Of a stretch of 64,000 bases of DNA, positions 1 through 25,660 are shown in pieces (position 1 is the stretch's first letter; the number at the start of each line of letters is the position of its first letter). The stretch spans positions 682,001-746,000 of the forward strand of contig CAVNZM010000002.1 in the NCBI GenBank assembly GCA_963693365.1, given 5' to 3'. A program made the position numbers and the translations under genes. This DNA is from Amoebidium appalachense. Its lineage: Eukaryota; Protista; Ichthyosporea. The notes under the pieces are model-generated. The model did not search any database, was not told where the DNA came from, and saw only the letters and a list, made by a program, of their open reading frames with translations.

Positions 1-58
1 AAAAAAAAGAAAACTGATTCAAAAAAAAACTTAGTGAATTTTTATATAAAGCTTTATC

Positions 59-11204
<11,146 letters not shown>

Positions 11205-12755
11205 TTCGTTTGGATAGTGACGGAATATTCTGGATAACTGACTTTGGGATAATATGTGTTTTGTATTCTGAAATTTGAATTGTTTGGATAGTGATGAGAT
11301 ATTTTGGGTGCTGCCCTGTGATAATGTGTGAGCTCCGCCAAAAAATTCGAACTTGTTGGATAGTGACGTGAAATTGTGTGGGGTTGGGCACAGTAAAAGG
11401 TAACGGATATGGTGACTATCTAGGCGTTGTTGTAGCCAAATTTTTTGTATGGGAATTAGGGTGGTGGAAGGGGTGGGGTAGCGATGAGTCAGACATGTAT
11501 GTTTGTATATAGATATATGCACATTATTTATCGTACACACCGTGTAAACCTATAACAGCACATACTTAAGAGTGTTTTGGATTGTTCGATATTGGCATAG
11601 AATAGTTTCCTTTTTTTGGTATTACTGCTCTGACACTCGTTTCTATTTCCGAGGAATGAATGCTACCACATCCCGTTTGCAGTTGGAGTCAACAATGAAT
11701 TATGTAGCTATAATCAGATATGTATGTGTGTGTGCGTGTGTCTGTGTGTGTGGGGTCATACACACACACATTTACATATGCATTTGTGCCAACCATCACG
11801 TGCACACTGTCAGCCAGGTCTAGAGAGCACCCGATTATACAGGGCAGATTGAGCCCCCATGGCCATGGTGACATGTATATGTGCATGCCTAACAATATTG
11901 CTATAATTGCAACCGCAAGTTCAAACAACTCGCGGCATACAATTTTTTCCTGAGAAAAACCGGGGTTGGACATGCAATTGTGGAAATGGTACAGTGCACA
12001 CGCCTCGTTAATTACCACCCGGCAACACGCATGTGCACCCTCCGTACGCGCGAGCATCCACATGTAATGCACACCACAGAAGTTACAAAGCACTTGCACA
12101 CATGCAGAATTACGCTAGCGCGTTAATGCTACCCGCACACCACAATATCTAAGCCTACTCAATTTAATTTACCATGCATACGCACACACACAACATAGAG
12201 TAGGCCCATGTACATACACTAGTGCATTAAGCCTTAGGACACAAAAAACAGAGCATTGCTAACGTTACCGGGCATATGTACAATAGGGTTGTGAACGCCG
12301 TAGATGTGGTGTGGTGTGTGTGTGGTGTGTGTGTGCGTGCGTGTGTGTGCGTGTGTGTGGACGTGGGGGGGAGAGGGGGGGGGGGGGGATGAGTGATGTT
12401 TGCAGACACGTACAATTGCGAGCCAATCAGGCAAGGCAATATGACAAGTATCACATTCCTGAACGCCAGCGCCCCGGCAGACTGTGTGCTTTCTATGCCC
12501 CAGCCACATCACGGCAAATGGCACAAAGACAAAATCAACCATATAAGGCTAAACACAAACACGACCTACGAATCAAAAAGCTCGAACACCTCTAGGGCGT
12601 ATACGGGTGACCTGCACCCAACAACATAATTTGACATGATACGTCTTCAATGTTTATGTTTAAAGAGTAGGCGGGAGAACTAAAGCGCTTGGGTATTCAC
12701 ATTGACTAAGGAATCGATTTGTCGTGTTGTCTGTGTGTGTTTGTGTGGTTGTGTG

Positions 12756-12824
<69 letters not shown>

Positions 12825-12885
12825 TGCGTGTGTACACTTGCGTGTCGTGTGCAGGTGTTTGCGTTGTGCTTGTGTGTGTGTATGT

Positions 12886-12916
<31 letters not shown>

Positions 12917-13232
12917 CTCCTGTTACAGGTACATGTTGTCTGTACAAGGATAATATCCGTCTGCTTCATCTACAATCTAACAATAGCCAAATATGGCAAA
13001 GCGACTGCGACATCCAATCAAATGGCTTCATTTAGCATGCATCACCATGATTTCTGCGCGTATATATCCTAAGATTCATTCATTCCAACACGAAGTGTTT
13101 GCATTCAAATAGCACAAGTACATGTAGCAGCTCCCCCCCCCCCCCCCCCCCCCCCTCCCCCCCCCCCTCCCCCTTCTTCCCCCCCCCCTCTCTCTCCACT
13201 GACCCAATCTTATAAACCCCCCTCCCCGTTAT

Positions 13233-14676
13233 TTATTTGTCTTCCCTCTCATCCTCCTCCCCCAAGACCACAACATCCGGTTCCAATTTCTCCGAATGGG
13301 TGGGGGACTTGTGCTCCGTCTCCCTCATTCGTGCCTTCAACTCAGCATTTTCCATCTGCAAATTCAAATTTTCCTGGCGCAATCTTGCCAACTCCCTTCC
13401 GCCCTCCTGCCTCTGCTGTGCCAGTGCGAATTTGAGCTGGTCCCTCTCCCTCTCCACCCCGGCCAGCCTCTGGGTCAACTGCTCCACCAACTGTAGCATG
13501 GCCTCTGGTGATGTGTCCTCCATGTTGCGCAGGGATGTGTGGCCCCTAAGACCATGTTAGTCGTGCACGTAGGTGGATACGTTCGAGGGAAACACTACAA
13601 GGGCTACCATATGCTATCGACCTTGAGAAGTGACAAACAGCAAATCACACCTGCCTCTTGCCGGTGCTCGCAGGCAAAGTATATGATTTGTGTGCAAACT
13701 CCGTGTATGCGTGTATGCATGTATGCGTGTTTGTGTGTGTGTGTGTGTGTTGCGCGCGATGTGTGTGAACTGTGTTTGAGTACTAGCGCCAGCCCAAGTG
13801 TATGGTGTTTGAGAGGAGAGCGGAAGGGAGGGAGGGAGGGAAGGAGGGAGAGAGGGAAGGAGAGAGGGAGGCAGGGAGGGAGAGAGAGTGTGTGTGTGTG
13901 TGAAGAGAGGGAGACAGAGAGACAGACATGCACACATACCCGGAGGATGAGGGTGAGTGGTCGTTATCCGACAGACACTCCATCTCATGTCTGACCGCCT
14001 CACTGCTTGCACTACTGGTGGCCGGACCTAGCACGGCACACAGATTCGGCTCCCCTATGCCAGTGGCAATACTTCCCGTGCTCGTGCGTATAGTACCTGG
14101 GCCCCCAACAAATATCTCTGCGCTAGAGCCCATGTCGACATCCAAACCGTCTTTCCTTTTTGCACTTTTTGCACTGAGGGACCACCTTCGCTTGTAGTGC
14201 CCATTTGATGATTGCCGGAGTAGATTAGATGCACTCATTCCTCGATCAGATCGGTTTCTTGGGAGATTTCGGAGGGTCGAGAGAGGACGTGCCTCGGGGC
14301 TGTGCTGGCTGGCTCGTTCTGGCTCGTCATTGCGCGCTGGGAATGGATTTTCGGACTGGTGGGGGTGTATGGTTAGTACTGTGTGCATGTGGGTTTGTGT
14401 GGTGATTGGTACTGTGTGCGTGTGGGTTTGTGTGGTGATTGGTACTGTGTGCATGTGGGTTTGTGTGGTGATTGGTACTGTGTGCATTTGGCTATGCAGT
14501 AGGAGTTGAGTACTGTTTGCATGTAGGTATGTGGCGAGAGGTTGGTGCTATGTTCACAACTCGACGTGGAAGGAAAAAAATGTGATTGTGCACGGGCACA
14601 TGTGTGTGTACGTGCACGCACGTGTGAGTGTTCGTTTGCATGTGCATGTGTGTACGAGTGCGCCTGTGCGCCTGTG

Positions 14677-14751
<75 letters not shown>

Positions 14752-15589
14752 ATGCATGTACATGGGTGCATGAATATAAATGTGCATTCATCTGCATGTG
14801 TGCATGTGCACGTGTAGCCGCCCACCTGCAGGAACCTCAGGAACACGTCATTGACCATCAACACAAACGCTGCATCCTGCGCCGCACGGAAACCAGTCCC
14901 GATGATGCCCCTGATTGGTCCCTGTCAGCCAATCATACAGCCACAAGGAACACCAAATGCACACATAGTTATCGGGATGCAGAGATGGAAAGAAAACAAC
15001 CCCATGCAACACTAACAACAGCAAGGCCCCACACAGACTAAATCGTGCATCCACACAGAGGGCACATCATGTACGCGTGAGCATGTGAACTTGCCCATGC
15101 ATGTGTGCATAAGCCTCTCAATGCTCCGGTGTGTGTAATGTGTGCCTGCAAGAACATCTCCATGTGACCGTGCATTGTGCGACGGTGCACAAGTGCGTGT
15201 GCCCGTGTGCATTTAGCTAAACATTTCCGTGTGCACGTGAATGTGCGTAGCGTATGCACGTCCACAGGTACTTTCCTATGTGCGCCTGCATGTATATATT
15301 TTGTGCGCATGTGCATGTGTATCCGTGTGAGCACTTTGCGCCTTTGCGCGTATGCACGTGTGTGTCCGTGTGCGCATGCACGTGTGTCCATCTCAACGTG
15401 CACGTACGTCCTGAGGTCGTTCTCCATGCTCTTCCTGTGGTGCTCGTCCAGGTTGACCCAGTGGGGGGCGTCCTCCTTCATGTACTGCTGGAAGATGCGC
15501 TCCGCACGCACGTGCAGCTTCGTCACCACCTGGCCCCCGGATAGCACCACACTCTCGAGCTTGTCCTGTAAGTGTGTACGTGTACGTGT

Positions 15590-15670
<81 letters not shown>

Positions 15671-16597
15671 CGTGTGTGTACGTGCGAGCGGAAGTGTGAG
15701 TGTGAGTGTGAGTCTGTGGTTGAGGTGGAGGGGGGGGGGGGGGGGGGGGGGGGGCAATTGGTTACTTTGTTGTGAAAGATTATGCAACAAACACAAATCC
15801 CATCACCCTCCTACTCCCCCCTCCCCCCGCCACCCCTATCCCCACCCCGCCTCCTTTCTTTTGATTCAGTGGTGATGTCAGGTTGCATGTGACGGTGGCT
15901 GCACAGTGTTGCCCCAAATAAGTGCCCAGAACACACCCTACCTTGTTGCATTGCACGTGCACATGCAAAATCTGAATGCAGCAGTTTTAGGTGTGCGCTA
16001 AACTGTATATATGTGCGGATGCGCACATGCGGGGACACGTGTGAATACGTACTTGCATGTGTGCTCATGTGTGTGCACGTGTGTGTCGTATGTGCATGTG
16101 CGTGCACCTGGGTGTTTACCTTTGCAGTGAACATGTCCTCGCATGCCCACCAGAAGAGCAAGTTCTCCTCCGCACAGACACTGCGCAGAAACGAGTGGAA
16201 CTGCTTGGCCCGCTTGTCTCTGCACACACACACGTACATGTCAGCACCAGTTCGGGAAAACACAAACACCACACCAGCCCTCTTTTATAAAGTACCCGTC
16301 GTGCCTGAGGATAAACAAACGGGAAAGAACCCTCCCCCTCCCCTCACCCCACTCCCTTTACCCCCCCCAGTGTCCACATACACGCCACACTGCCTGCAAC
16401 CTAGTATCCGTTTCCCCTTCAGCCACATATTCCCCTTTCCCCAGGTCCTCCCCCCCCCCCCCTTCCCCCCTTCTCTCCCCTCCCCGCTCCCCCCCCCCCC
16501 CCCCCCCCCCGAAAGGGCCGCTGCTCAGCCACCCACCCACCCACGGCAACCACCAGCATCCCCACCTATAGCCCCACCCACACACAACTATGACACA

Positions 16598-16638
<41 letters not shown>

Positions 16639-17043
16639 CACATACACACACACGTACTTTCTGTTCCTCAGTGTCCATGCCAGCAGCACATCTGGGTTCG
16701 TGTCCGCATGCAGCTCAGCAGGTGAGCCCTCACCCAGCGCCCTGAGGTACTCGTCATAGTATTCGCTGCGCACAAACCTCGGGAATGACTGCTGGTACAA
16801 CAGCGTCATGATGGTCTCCAGCGCAGTGTCGAACATGGACAGGTCGACCTTGCCTGTGTGGTCGTGAGAGGTGGGCACAAGGGGCAGAGAGTCACCATGG
16901 GGTGAACACAAGCGCATCAATATGAAGACGGGGGGAAAGGGGGGGGGGGGGGGGGGGGGGGGGGAGCGGGGGATGTGTTACAGAGAACGAAGTACGCATT
17001 CATGACGGACAACACAGCGGGTTGATGGGGGGTTTGGGGTGGG

Positions 17044-17080
<37 letters not shown>

Positions 17081-17704
17081 GTTGGAGTTGCAACACGTAA
17101 GAGCCCACCTTCGGTGCGGTTGGGGGTTGTGGGTCGGGGAAGGTGGGGTGAATATGCAATACTAATATTATCAATTAAATCGCTTGCAAACACGACAAAC
17201 ATGATGTCCCATCACCGTCTCTACTCCTCAGACAAACATACCCGCATGCACGAACAAACCGACAGACACACACAATGACCATAAGGACACACACACACGC
17301 ACACACACGCGCGCGCGCGCACACACACACACACACAAAAAAACAAAAAACAAAAAAAACATACCACTTTCTTCGACCTCCTTTGCTTTTTGACATGCCT
17401 CTTCTCTCGTCTCTGCATCGATATTGATCTGCTGAGGTGCATACGCCCTCACATACGTACTAACTATCGCATTGCACCGGTCTATGCTTGGGTTCTTCTT
17501 ATATGCCAACACCGCCTTGTAGAAATCTAAATTTTCGTGTGAAAATTCTGTTTCGAGAAATCTTCGAAGATAACTACATAATCTCGTGTCGTTCAGCATG
17601 TGTGTAAGCTCCGCCGGGGTGATTTTTTCGTGTCGGAGGGGCTTCATGACTGGTTTCCCATTTGGCTTGTTCGGCCGCGTGGAGAATACAGCACCGCTGA
17701 ACTG

Positions 17705-17781
<77 letters not shown>

Positions 17782-18090
17782 GTGTGTGTAAACCACGTGC
17801 CGCACGAGCAAACATGAGCGGTTAGAGACACACTTTGTGGCCGTTGTGAGAGGGAGCCAAAACAAAAGCGCCATACAATCACCACCTGCGAGGGGGGCGG
17901 AGGAAACAACGACGGGACAAACAAAGTACTTCACTAATTCACGTGTACATGAAAAACATAACAGCTCTGAAGAGACACTCAGTCCCTTCTCACCTTATTA
18001 ACGACAACTTCATGCTCAAAGCCACCGAGTTTACATCTTAACTATCAGTTTTATTTTTACACACACCTGGGCCAGGGAATTCCTCGTCAT
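13233..18090 (-). CDS. Tandem RGS-domain protein with C-terminal coiled coil, 8 exons, ~543 aa (start uncertain)
   Basis: Exons (minus) 18090-18067, 17704-17365, 16853-16658, 16219-16120, 15565-15408, 14910-14826, 14355-13940, 13545-13233. GT-AG, 1632 nt in frame. RGS1: [36 protein letters not shown]2: [35 protein letters not shown]. The first exon may extend to an acceptor at 18212 with an unidentified upstream exon. Confidence 0.85.
14376..14490. repeat. 33-bp minisatellite, ~3.4 copies, next to an RGS acceptor
   Basis: Unit GTACTGTGTGCATGTGGGTTTGTGTGGTGATTG. Confidence 0.85.
16972..17020 (-). mobile_element. Short copy of the C-run-associated family
   Basis: Minus strand reads TGTGTTGTCCGTCATGAATGCGTACTTCGTTCTCTGTAACACAT+Cn; nearly identical to 43647-43700. 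Confidence 0.7.
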
Positions 18091-18425
18091 TGTCTCGCCT
18101 GTGCCCGCACGGGCCCTTGAACGGGCTGGGGGGCGGGCGGCCCCGCTGCCTCTGGTCGGGCTATAGGGCAGCCGCACCACATAACCCTGCCCGGCCCTTG
18201 CCTCCCCGTACACTGCACCCCCACGACATATGGTGCGTCAGCACTATACAACCACAGGTTGAAGAAGTGGGCTGCTGTCGGAACAGATGAATGAATAGTC
18301 GTAAAGGTGGTTGGGTGATTAGAGGGTGGAGATCGCCGTGTGCAATCTGCACATGTTGGGGAACCCAGGTGTCGCGGTGTGCATCAGTGTGACCTAAATG
18401 GTCACAATCAGTGTGACCTGAATGG

Positions 18426-18495
<70 letters not shown>

Positions 18496-19874
18496 GCACG
18501 CCCGCCCACCCACCCACCCACACTCCAGGCATGCACACAAAACTCAAGTTAAGAAACCAGAATAATCCGACCACCCCGCCACGACTAACATAATGCACCT
18601 AAAAGCCACACAACATATCTACTCTTTTCCAAACCCACGGGCTTGTGTTGGGTTGAATACATGCAGACAACGAACCAAGCAGAGACAAGAATGGAGATAG
18701 TTTAAAGTACATACCAGCACACTCAGTAAGTCAAGGTGTCTGTTCTGACAACACCAACACAATGCTAAAGATGTGGTGCCAAAAAGAGTACTCCACAAGT
18801 AAGACACTTGACGAGCACACGAAGAAAGAGGAGGGGAGCGAGACGGGAGGGGTAGGGAGGGAGGGGTGAAGGTGGGGGGTAAGAGGAATAGAATGAGGTG
18901 AAGAACAAGGACTTGGATTACAAAAACTGGTATCAGGGTACTCGAGCAATAAAATTGATTAGATGGCATACAGCACAACAAAAAGATACGGGAAGAAAGC
19001 ATGTTGCTGACACATCTTTGTGTAGCTTCAAATACACAAGCACAACACAGACAGTGAGGCATATTTACAGACACAGGAACAGAGCCGCAAAAAGTGCAAG
19101 GGAACAGAGAGGGCCAAGAAACCTATTCAACATCACCAAAAGGCAAGCACACACACGGAAGCACACGTGCCAACACACAATACAACACCAAAACGCACAA
19201 GCCCGCAATGTACGACGGCCGTAATATAGTAACCCACATCAGCCAAACCCAGCTCTGAACGTCTTACGGGTAAAAACGACTCATTCCATGTTATCGTTAA
19301 CTCGGCAACGAACATCTTCAACTCCAACCTGAAATGCAAGCCCCCCTAAAAACAAAAACAGGTGAAATATCGCCACACCACAAAAGGCACACACACACAC
19401 AGCAGGTTGCAGAAAGCATGAAAATCAGAATCCGAAAACCCCCCCTTGAATACCAAAAAATACACACAAGCACAGACCAAATGTTACGACACATTATACA
19501 CTATCCAGGCTACGGAGCTACAACACACGAGTCACCAGAGATGACATCGTGTAAAAAACTCAGACGCAAAAAAGGGATGCAAAGTATGCGGTGTGCTAGC
19601 TCTCATACCGTGTCGTTCAACGAAACACGTTATCAACACGTAATCCAAAGTGAAATTAACGTTCGGGACAACACATTTTCACAGAAAAAGCAGTTACACT
19701 TCTGTCCATTGAAAGCGTACAGCAACACAAAGCACGCCTTTGGTCTAAGATCTGGAGGAGAAGGGGGGGGGAGGAAGGAAGAGAAAACCTCACGAAGCTC
19801 AAAGAGGCTGACAAATAAAGAAATCGCCAGCACACACAAAAGCAGACACAGACACAACAACAAACTACAACACA

Positions 19875-19918
<44 letters not shown>

Positions 19919-19983
19919 ACTGACACACAAACACAAAGGAACATGGCACACACGCATGCCCACACACACACGAGAAAACACAT

Positions 19984-20025
<42 letters not shown>

Positions 20026-21605
20026 GCACGCACGCACACGCACACGCACACACACACAAAAGAAAACATGAACACCTACATGCGTGTGTATATTCGTTGT
20101 CCTTAGTTGGGTACACCGACACACCGTTTTTCTTTCGAAGGTAGAAGAGGTGGCCGAACTTCTCTGTGCGTGTGCGCGCTAGCGTTGACCGTGGTTCGTG
20201 GAGCATGTTTACAGCCTCATAGTGGTCGTTACTTGTATGCTAAATACTGCTACAGCCTATACACTCCTCTTCCATATCCTTTTGAGGTCAGTATTTCGTG
20301 TTCTGGTGTGTTCTACTTAGAGCCTTTCTTTCCCGCTTTATCAGGGAGGAAGATCTGGTTTACGGTCTTTTACGAACCCCTACACGAAAAAAATTAGCTT
20401 GACTTCGTTGAACTCCAAAACAATGCCTACACAGAGAATATACAGCCAAACAACCCCTTATACGCCTACAGCTTCCTCTTCCTTGCCCAACCACTAACAC
20501 CTAGGCTACGCTACATGTACTCTATACGCTGTAAACTTAGCCACATCCACACAGTACACGCAGCAGGATATTGATAGAAGTTCGAACCCCTCTAAGTAGA
20601 ACGTGCACAAGCTGCCAGGAATGTGGGCGGCGGGCGACGGGAACCCGCGTTTAGCCAATCGGCGATAAGAGAAGTAACACACCAATAAAAACGCTGAATG
20701 CATGGAGCGCGGCAGTCGTGCGCACCTCGATTGTCGTGCACAGTCCTCGTGATGACTTACAGAACTCCCACTCTCTAGGAAGAATAACTCTTTAAAAATA
20801 AATCCAGTATTACTTTTCAAAAAAACGGTTGGGGCTGTTAGCGAAAAAAGTATACAGCACTTATGAAATTATGTTGTAATGAGTATCGAGACCTGCCCGT
20901 GGCAGGCCGCCGGTGACTGGCTGAGGCAAGCAAAGACGGCCTCGGAATCGGCTGAGTCATTGTGCTAAACCGGCAAAAGGTGGGGCGAACTTCTGCTTAC
21001 TGCCAGTTACTAAAGTTTCGCCAAATTTGTGCTGAATTTGGTGATTACTGAATTTTTCCTTCGTTTTGCTGCGTCCAACATGCAACGTGATGGCCTTTTG
21101 TATCGATATTGTGGACGAGTGAGCGGGTATAGAAGTATTGGCATGACATGGTCCCCCAACACTCCACAAAGTGGGGCGCATTTTAATCTCGTGACAGATC
21201 GATTTTTCTTTTTTAAACAGATCGCGCGATCGATAGAATCTGCAATAAAGAAGCTCAATCAAATAAAATAGTCAACAACACAAGCCAATGCAGCCAATCC
21301 AAAGAAAAGTAAACTACAAAAATGGTATTAACATGCCCAAATTAAAACTCATAATAAATGAAACGTACAGTGTACAATATTATTATTTTTGCGCTGTAAC
21401 CTTTGTTTCCATAAATGTTTGTGCCACTTTTGTGCAGAACCTTTTTCTCGTAAACAATTAGATAGATGTAGGCTATTTATTTACCTCAGATTATTCCGTT
21501 AGAAATTAGAAGGCTTGCTTATTTAGATAATCCTGATATTACGTCTATTGACTATCTGTCGAACCAGGTTATGTTTAATGAGTTTTCTAAGGTGTATGAT
21601 TATTT

Positions 21606-21926
21606 TTTTTTGCTTTCTTTTGACTCGGGTTTATTGATCCGTTGATGAAGGCAACGTGCAGCCACAGGCTACATAACCACCAATAGAACTTGAAAAGCCA
21701 AAGCTACGAAATAAAAATAAAGCGACAAGTGACAAAGGACACCAGCGTAATTGTATACGTACGTGTTTGCGTGAAACTAGTTTGCTCCAACTAGTCATAT
21801 GCATCGATGTTGACCAGAACACACTCTGTAAGAAGACATCATTACTGCTCCTTCCCAACAGACAGCCCCCCTCAAAACCTATCGAGGCACAGCAAGCAAG
21901 TCAGCCTTAAAAGAGCAATGCAGACC
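21606..21926 (-). mobile_element. 5'-truncated non-LTR retroelement/SINE copy 1 (AATAAA, A-rich tail, 11-bp TSD)
   Basis: TSD TATGATTATTT at 21595-21605 and 21927-21937. Minus strand ends CAATAAA...CAAAAGAAAGCAAAAAA. About 220 bp is shared with 22359-22593. Confidence 0.8.
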
Positions 21927-22358
21927 TATGATTATTTAAGTCGTTATCTCCTCCGTATCCGAGAGTGAGGGCTTTTGTATTTATTTTCTTCTCCGAGATA
22001 TCGGTGATATCTCGATGGCTTCTTTTTTGCTGAGCACATCAATAAAGTCATTATAAAAAAATACTTTTTTCAATTCCAGGCCCCACAACTTTGGCGGATC
22101 TCACCACCAGGTAAATAAATACACCAATCAGATGAAGAGACTAGATTGGAAACCTATCACAGAATACAATAAAGCTTTTTGAGTCCCCCGCCCTTAGTTT
22201 TCGGAGTCACCTGTTAGCAAATACCCAGAAGCCTGGCCCAGGCAGGCAAATATACAATTGGAATTCATACCAAAAAGGTGCGGGGACATTATATGAGCTT
22301 TAATATCAGTTTGCAGCTATCCGAACGCCTGTACAAGGTTGCGCATCGGCAAAACTCT

Positions 22359-22593
22359 TTTTCTTTTGACTCGGTTTTATTGATCCGTTGATGAAGGCAA
22401 CGTGCAGCCACAGGCTACATACACTGTGATAACCACCAATAGGACTGAAAAAGCCAAAGCTACGAAAAAAAATAAAGCGACAAGTGACAAAGGACACCAG
22501 CGGGCAAAACCTTTAATGTACGTGTATGCGTGAAACTAGTTTGCTCCAACTAGTCATATGCATCGATGTTGACCAGACCACATTCCGCAAGAA
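22359..22593 (-). mobile_element. 5'-truncated non-LTR retroelement/SINE copy 2 (11-bp TSD)
   Basis: TSD GGCAAAACTCT at 22348-22358 and 22594-22604. Same 3' end as copy 1, shorter 5' end. Confidence 0.8.
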
Positions 22594-22954
22594 GGCAAAA
22601 CTCTGGTTAGAATTGTAAAAAAATTGAATGAATTTTTTTTTTTTTAGAACTGGAAAAAACTGCATTTGAATGTGCATCTCGGGGACGACGTCCGCTCCAC
22701 TCCGATCGCGATCGCGAACCCCGATCTACTGAACACTGAAAGACTACGTGTAGGATATCTCTCACCGGCCTGTGACCGTCGAAAATGTCCATTCGAATGT
22801 ATTCTGCCGTATCATTTAGATATTTGCTTTTTTCTTATATTTATACTTTTTATAATGTCGAAGCTTCCATTGAATCACCGGTGGAACGAGTCCTCAGTCC
22901 TCCTGCCGTCACTCCGATGTTGCCATGATGGTGCCATCTGCGGCCTCAAAATTT

Positions 22955-23110
22955 TGCCACCGTCTGTGGAATGCAGGTGACTTAGCACATTCCTTTGACC
23001 TGATCTACTCTTTTTTTGATACTCACAAATAGAACATCTCGACATAGAAGAGAAGAGTTCTGAATCTCTCACAAAATGCACGTACATAGCGTTAGAAGCG
23101 AGGTTTTTCA
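22955..23110 (-). pseudogene. Degenerate BED zinc-finger fragment, probable hAT transposase remnant
   Basis: Translation SNAMYVHF..CSICEYQKKSRSGQRNVLSHLHSTDG resembles the BED pattern (aromatic-x-HF..CxxC..NxxxHLxxxH) with the last His replaced by Asp. No downstream transposase ORF is visible. Confidence 0.5.
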
Positions 23111-23580
23111 TGTATTTTCTTTTAATATGTAATTTCGCCATCCCCGTTTCTTTTGTTATCTTAACACGAATAGTATTTGCTGTGATTGGTTTCTGCATGT
23201 GACTCCTTGTGCAGATCTCCCCTTGGCCGTGATGATAACTATGGCGAGAAAGTGCGGAGATATATTGCTTATCCGGTAGATAAATTCCCGGCGCCGGTGA
23301 CCGCATCGCATCTTTAAGTACAATGTACTCTCATACACACCAACATGCGTCCCAATAAATCTGCTAGAAGTTTAAGTAGCATAAGCCTATTCACGCGCGG
23401 AGCCAAAAAGTACGCATTTTTGATGTGCTGACATACAAGCTGAGCCGGTCGGAGGCCCCGATCCGCAACCCCAATTACATGTATATATTCAGGATGCTGG
23501 ATACTTTTCTGATGAGTTCACATGGAATGCAAACTAGGGAGAACCCCCACGTGTCTTATTGGCCATGGACGTGGCTACAT

Positions 23581-23705
23581 CAGGCTGTGAAATTACTGTT
23601 TTGACCAGGAGCATTTCGGGCCTACGGCCCGAAGCCCGATGACCCTAACCGTGCCACGCGCCACGGGGGGTATATTTTTACCCCCCGACGGGGGGGTATA
23701 TTTTT

Positions 23706-23746
<41 letters not shown>

Positions 23747-23976
23747 CCGGTGTACGTGTGTACGTCGTATACTTGTGTACGTGTGTGTCTACTGCCAATG
23801 TGTGTGCGTGTGTGTGCGTACGCGTACGTGTGCACTGTGGTACACATGTGAGTGTGTGTGCACTGCAGTGTGTGCAACGGTGCGTGTGCGTGTGCCTTTG
23901 GTATAGCTCTGGCGTGTCTCATGTGTGTGTATGTACATGTGCCTGTGTGTGCCGTGTAACAACAGTCTCTGCACGG

Positions 23977-24036
<60 letters not shown>

Positions 24037-24612
24037 ATGTGTGTCTGTGCAGTATGTGTACGTGTGCGTACGTGTGTGTGTGTGATGCATGTGTGTGTGT
24101 GAGTACACTCAGTACAATGGCATGCGCTTGAATCTGACATTGCTATAGTTTCTCAAAGAACGGTTTGCCTTGCACCCTGATTTATAAATATGTACATGCC
24201 ACTACAGTGGCCATCATTCACCACCCGGACTCGCGGCAAGATCCTAGCTATAGGGGATGCTAGTAGGGCACCAGGCCACTCGTAAGATCTACTTAATCTA
24301 ACTAGACTAAACTCTGAGGCATCCAACGCTGCCCATACACTAGACTAAGTCACACTACCCACTAATCTATTATAGCCAAGCTATTTATCGAGCTTGCACA
24401 CTATTATAATTCGCAATTTTTTTTGTAAAAAAAAAAAAGAAAAAGAAAAAAAGAAAAAAAAATAAAACACACACACACACCACAAACACACACAACACAC
24501 ACACACGCGCGCGCGCGTGCGCGCGCGCGCACACACACCGATGGCACTAAAAAGCACAAATAGAGCCCAAAAGGAAAAGGAAAAAAAACTATAGACACAC
24601 ACACACACACCA

Positions 24613-24654
<42 letters not shown>

Positions 24655-24706
24655 GGTGGCACTAAAAAGCACAAAAAGAGAAATTTATAGACACACACAC
24701 TCACCA

Positions 24707-24780
<74 letters not shown>

Positions 24781-25471
24781 GATGGCACTTACAAGCATAA
24801 ATAGAGCCAAAAAACTCAACATAAGCCAATAACTACGTTTTCAATGCAGCTCCCACCCACTAGATGCCTACCACAAAGCATCACTTACATGTGTACCTCC
24901 CACCTACACATGCCAACCACAACTGCACTTAGATGTAGGGCTTGAAGATATTCGACCCGCCGGCAGCCCCAGGTGAAACGTGCCCCAGGTAGCCCACAAC
25001 TAGGTGGCTGGCTCTCGTTGCCAGTCATGTTTCAGTTTGAGCTCGAGGTGTATGAAAAAACTAATGAAAACCGCCAGGAAACTAATATTAGGAGGTCCAC
25101 AAGTCGAAGTGGGATGTGGGTGACAGCTGCTTTTACTATTTATACCCATGACGAAAAAGCTCTTGACCCTCTGGAAGTTTTTTTCCGGGAGCGCGCCAAA
25201 AAGGGGCAGAGTGTGTTTTGTTTCGTCGAAACTGGCGCGAAGGGATATGGTTGGTTATAACGAGTTCGGTTTAATGTGAAGGCGCAAACTTCAAATATGT
25301 CCTAGTTGGGTCTATTTCTGGTTACCAATTGGACTTCTGTTCCAAAAATAGGTTGGCCCAACGCCCACTGCTCTCCCCAGAGTCAATAGACTTGGATATG
25401 AAGGGGCTCGACAGAAAATTCGAAAGAAAAAAAGAACTGGAGGAGGGGGAGGCCCCCGGGAGGTATGGTCA

Positions 25472-25522
<51 letters not shown>

Positions 25523-25660
25523 GTAGTAGGGGTAATTTCCTATGACCCTACTAGGGTGCATTTTCTCAAAAATTAGTGGACCTAGCCTCCAAAAGTTAGG
25601 TGCAGTTTGGGAAAGTTAGGGGCATTTTTTGTACCCTAAACCCCCTAATTTCACAGCCTG
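23581..25660. mobile_element. Non-autonomous TIR element, hAT-like, ~2.08 kb
   Basis: Perfect 15-bp TIR: CAGGCTGTGAAATTA (23581) / TAATTTCACAGCCTG (25646-25660). Flanks GTGGCTACAT and GCCGCTACAT look like a decayed TSD. Interior is non-coding and microsatellite-rich. Confidence 0.65.

Noticed and set aside
21606-22593. LTR pair / TRIM
   Set aside because: Each repeat has its own TSD and A-tail; no TG...CA termini, PBS or PPT recognised.
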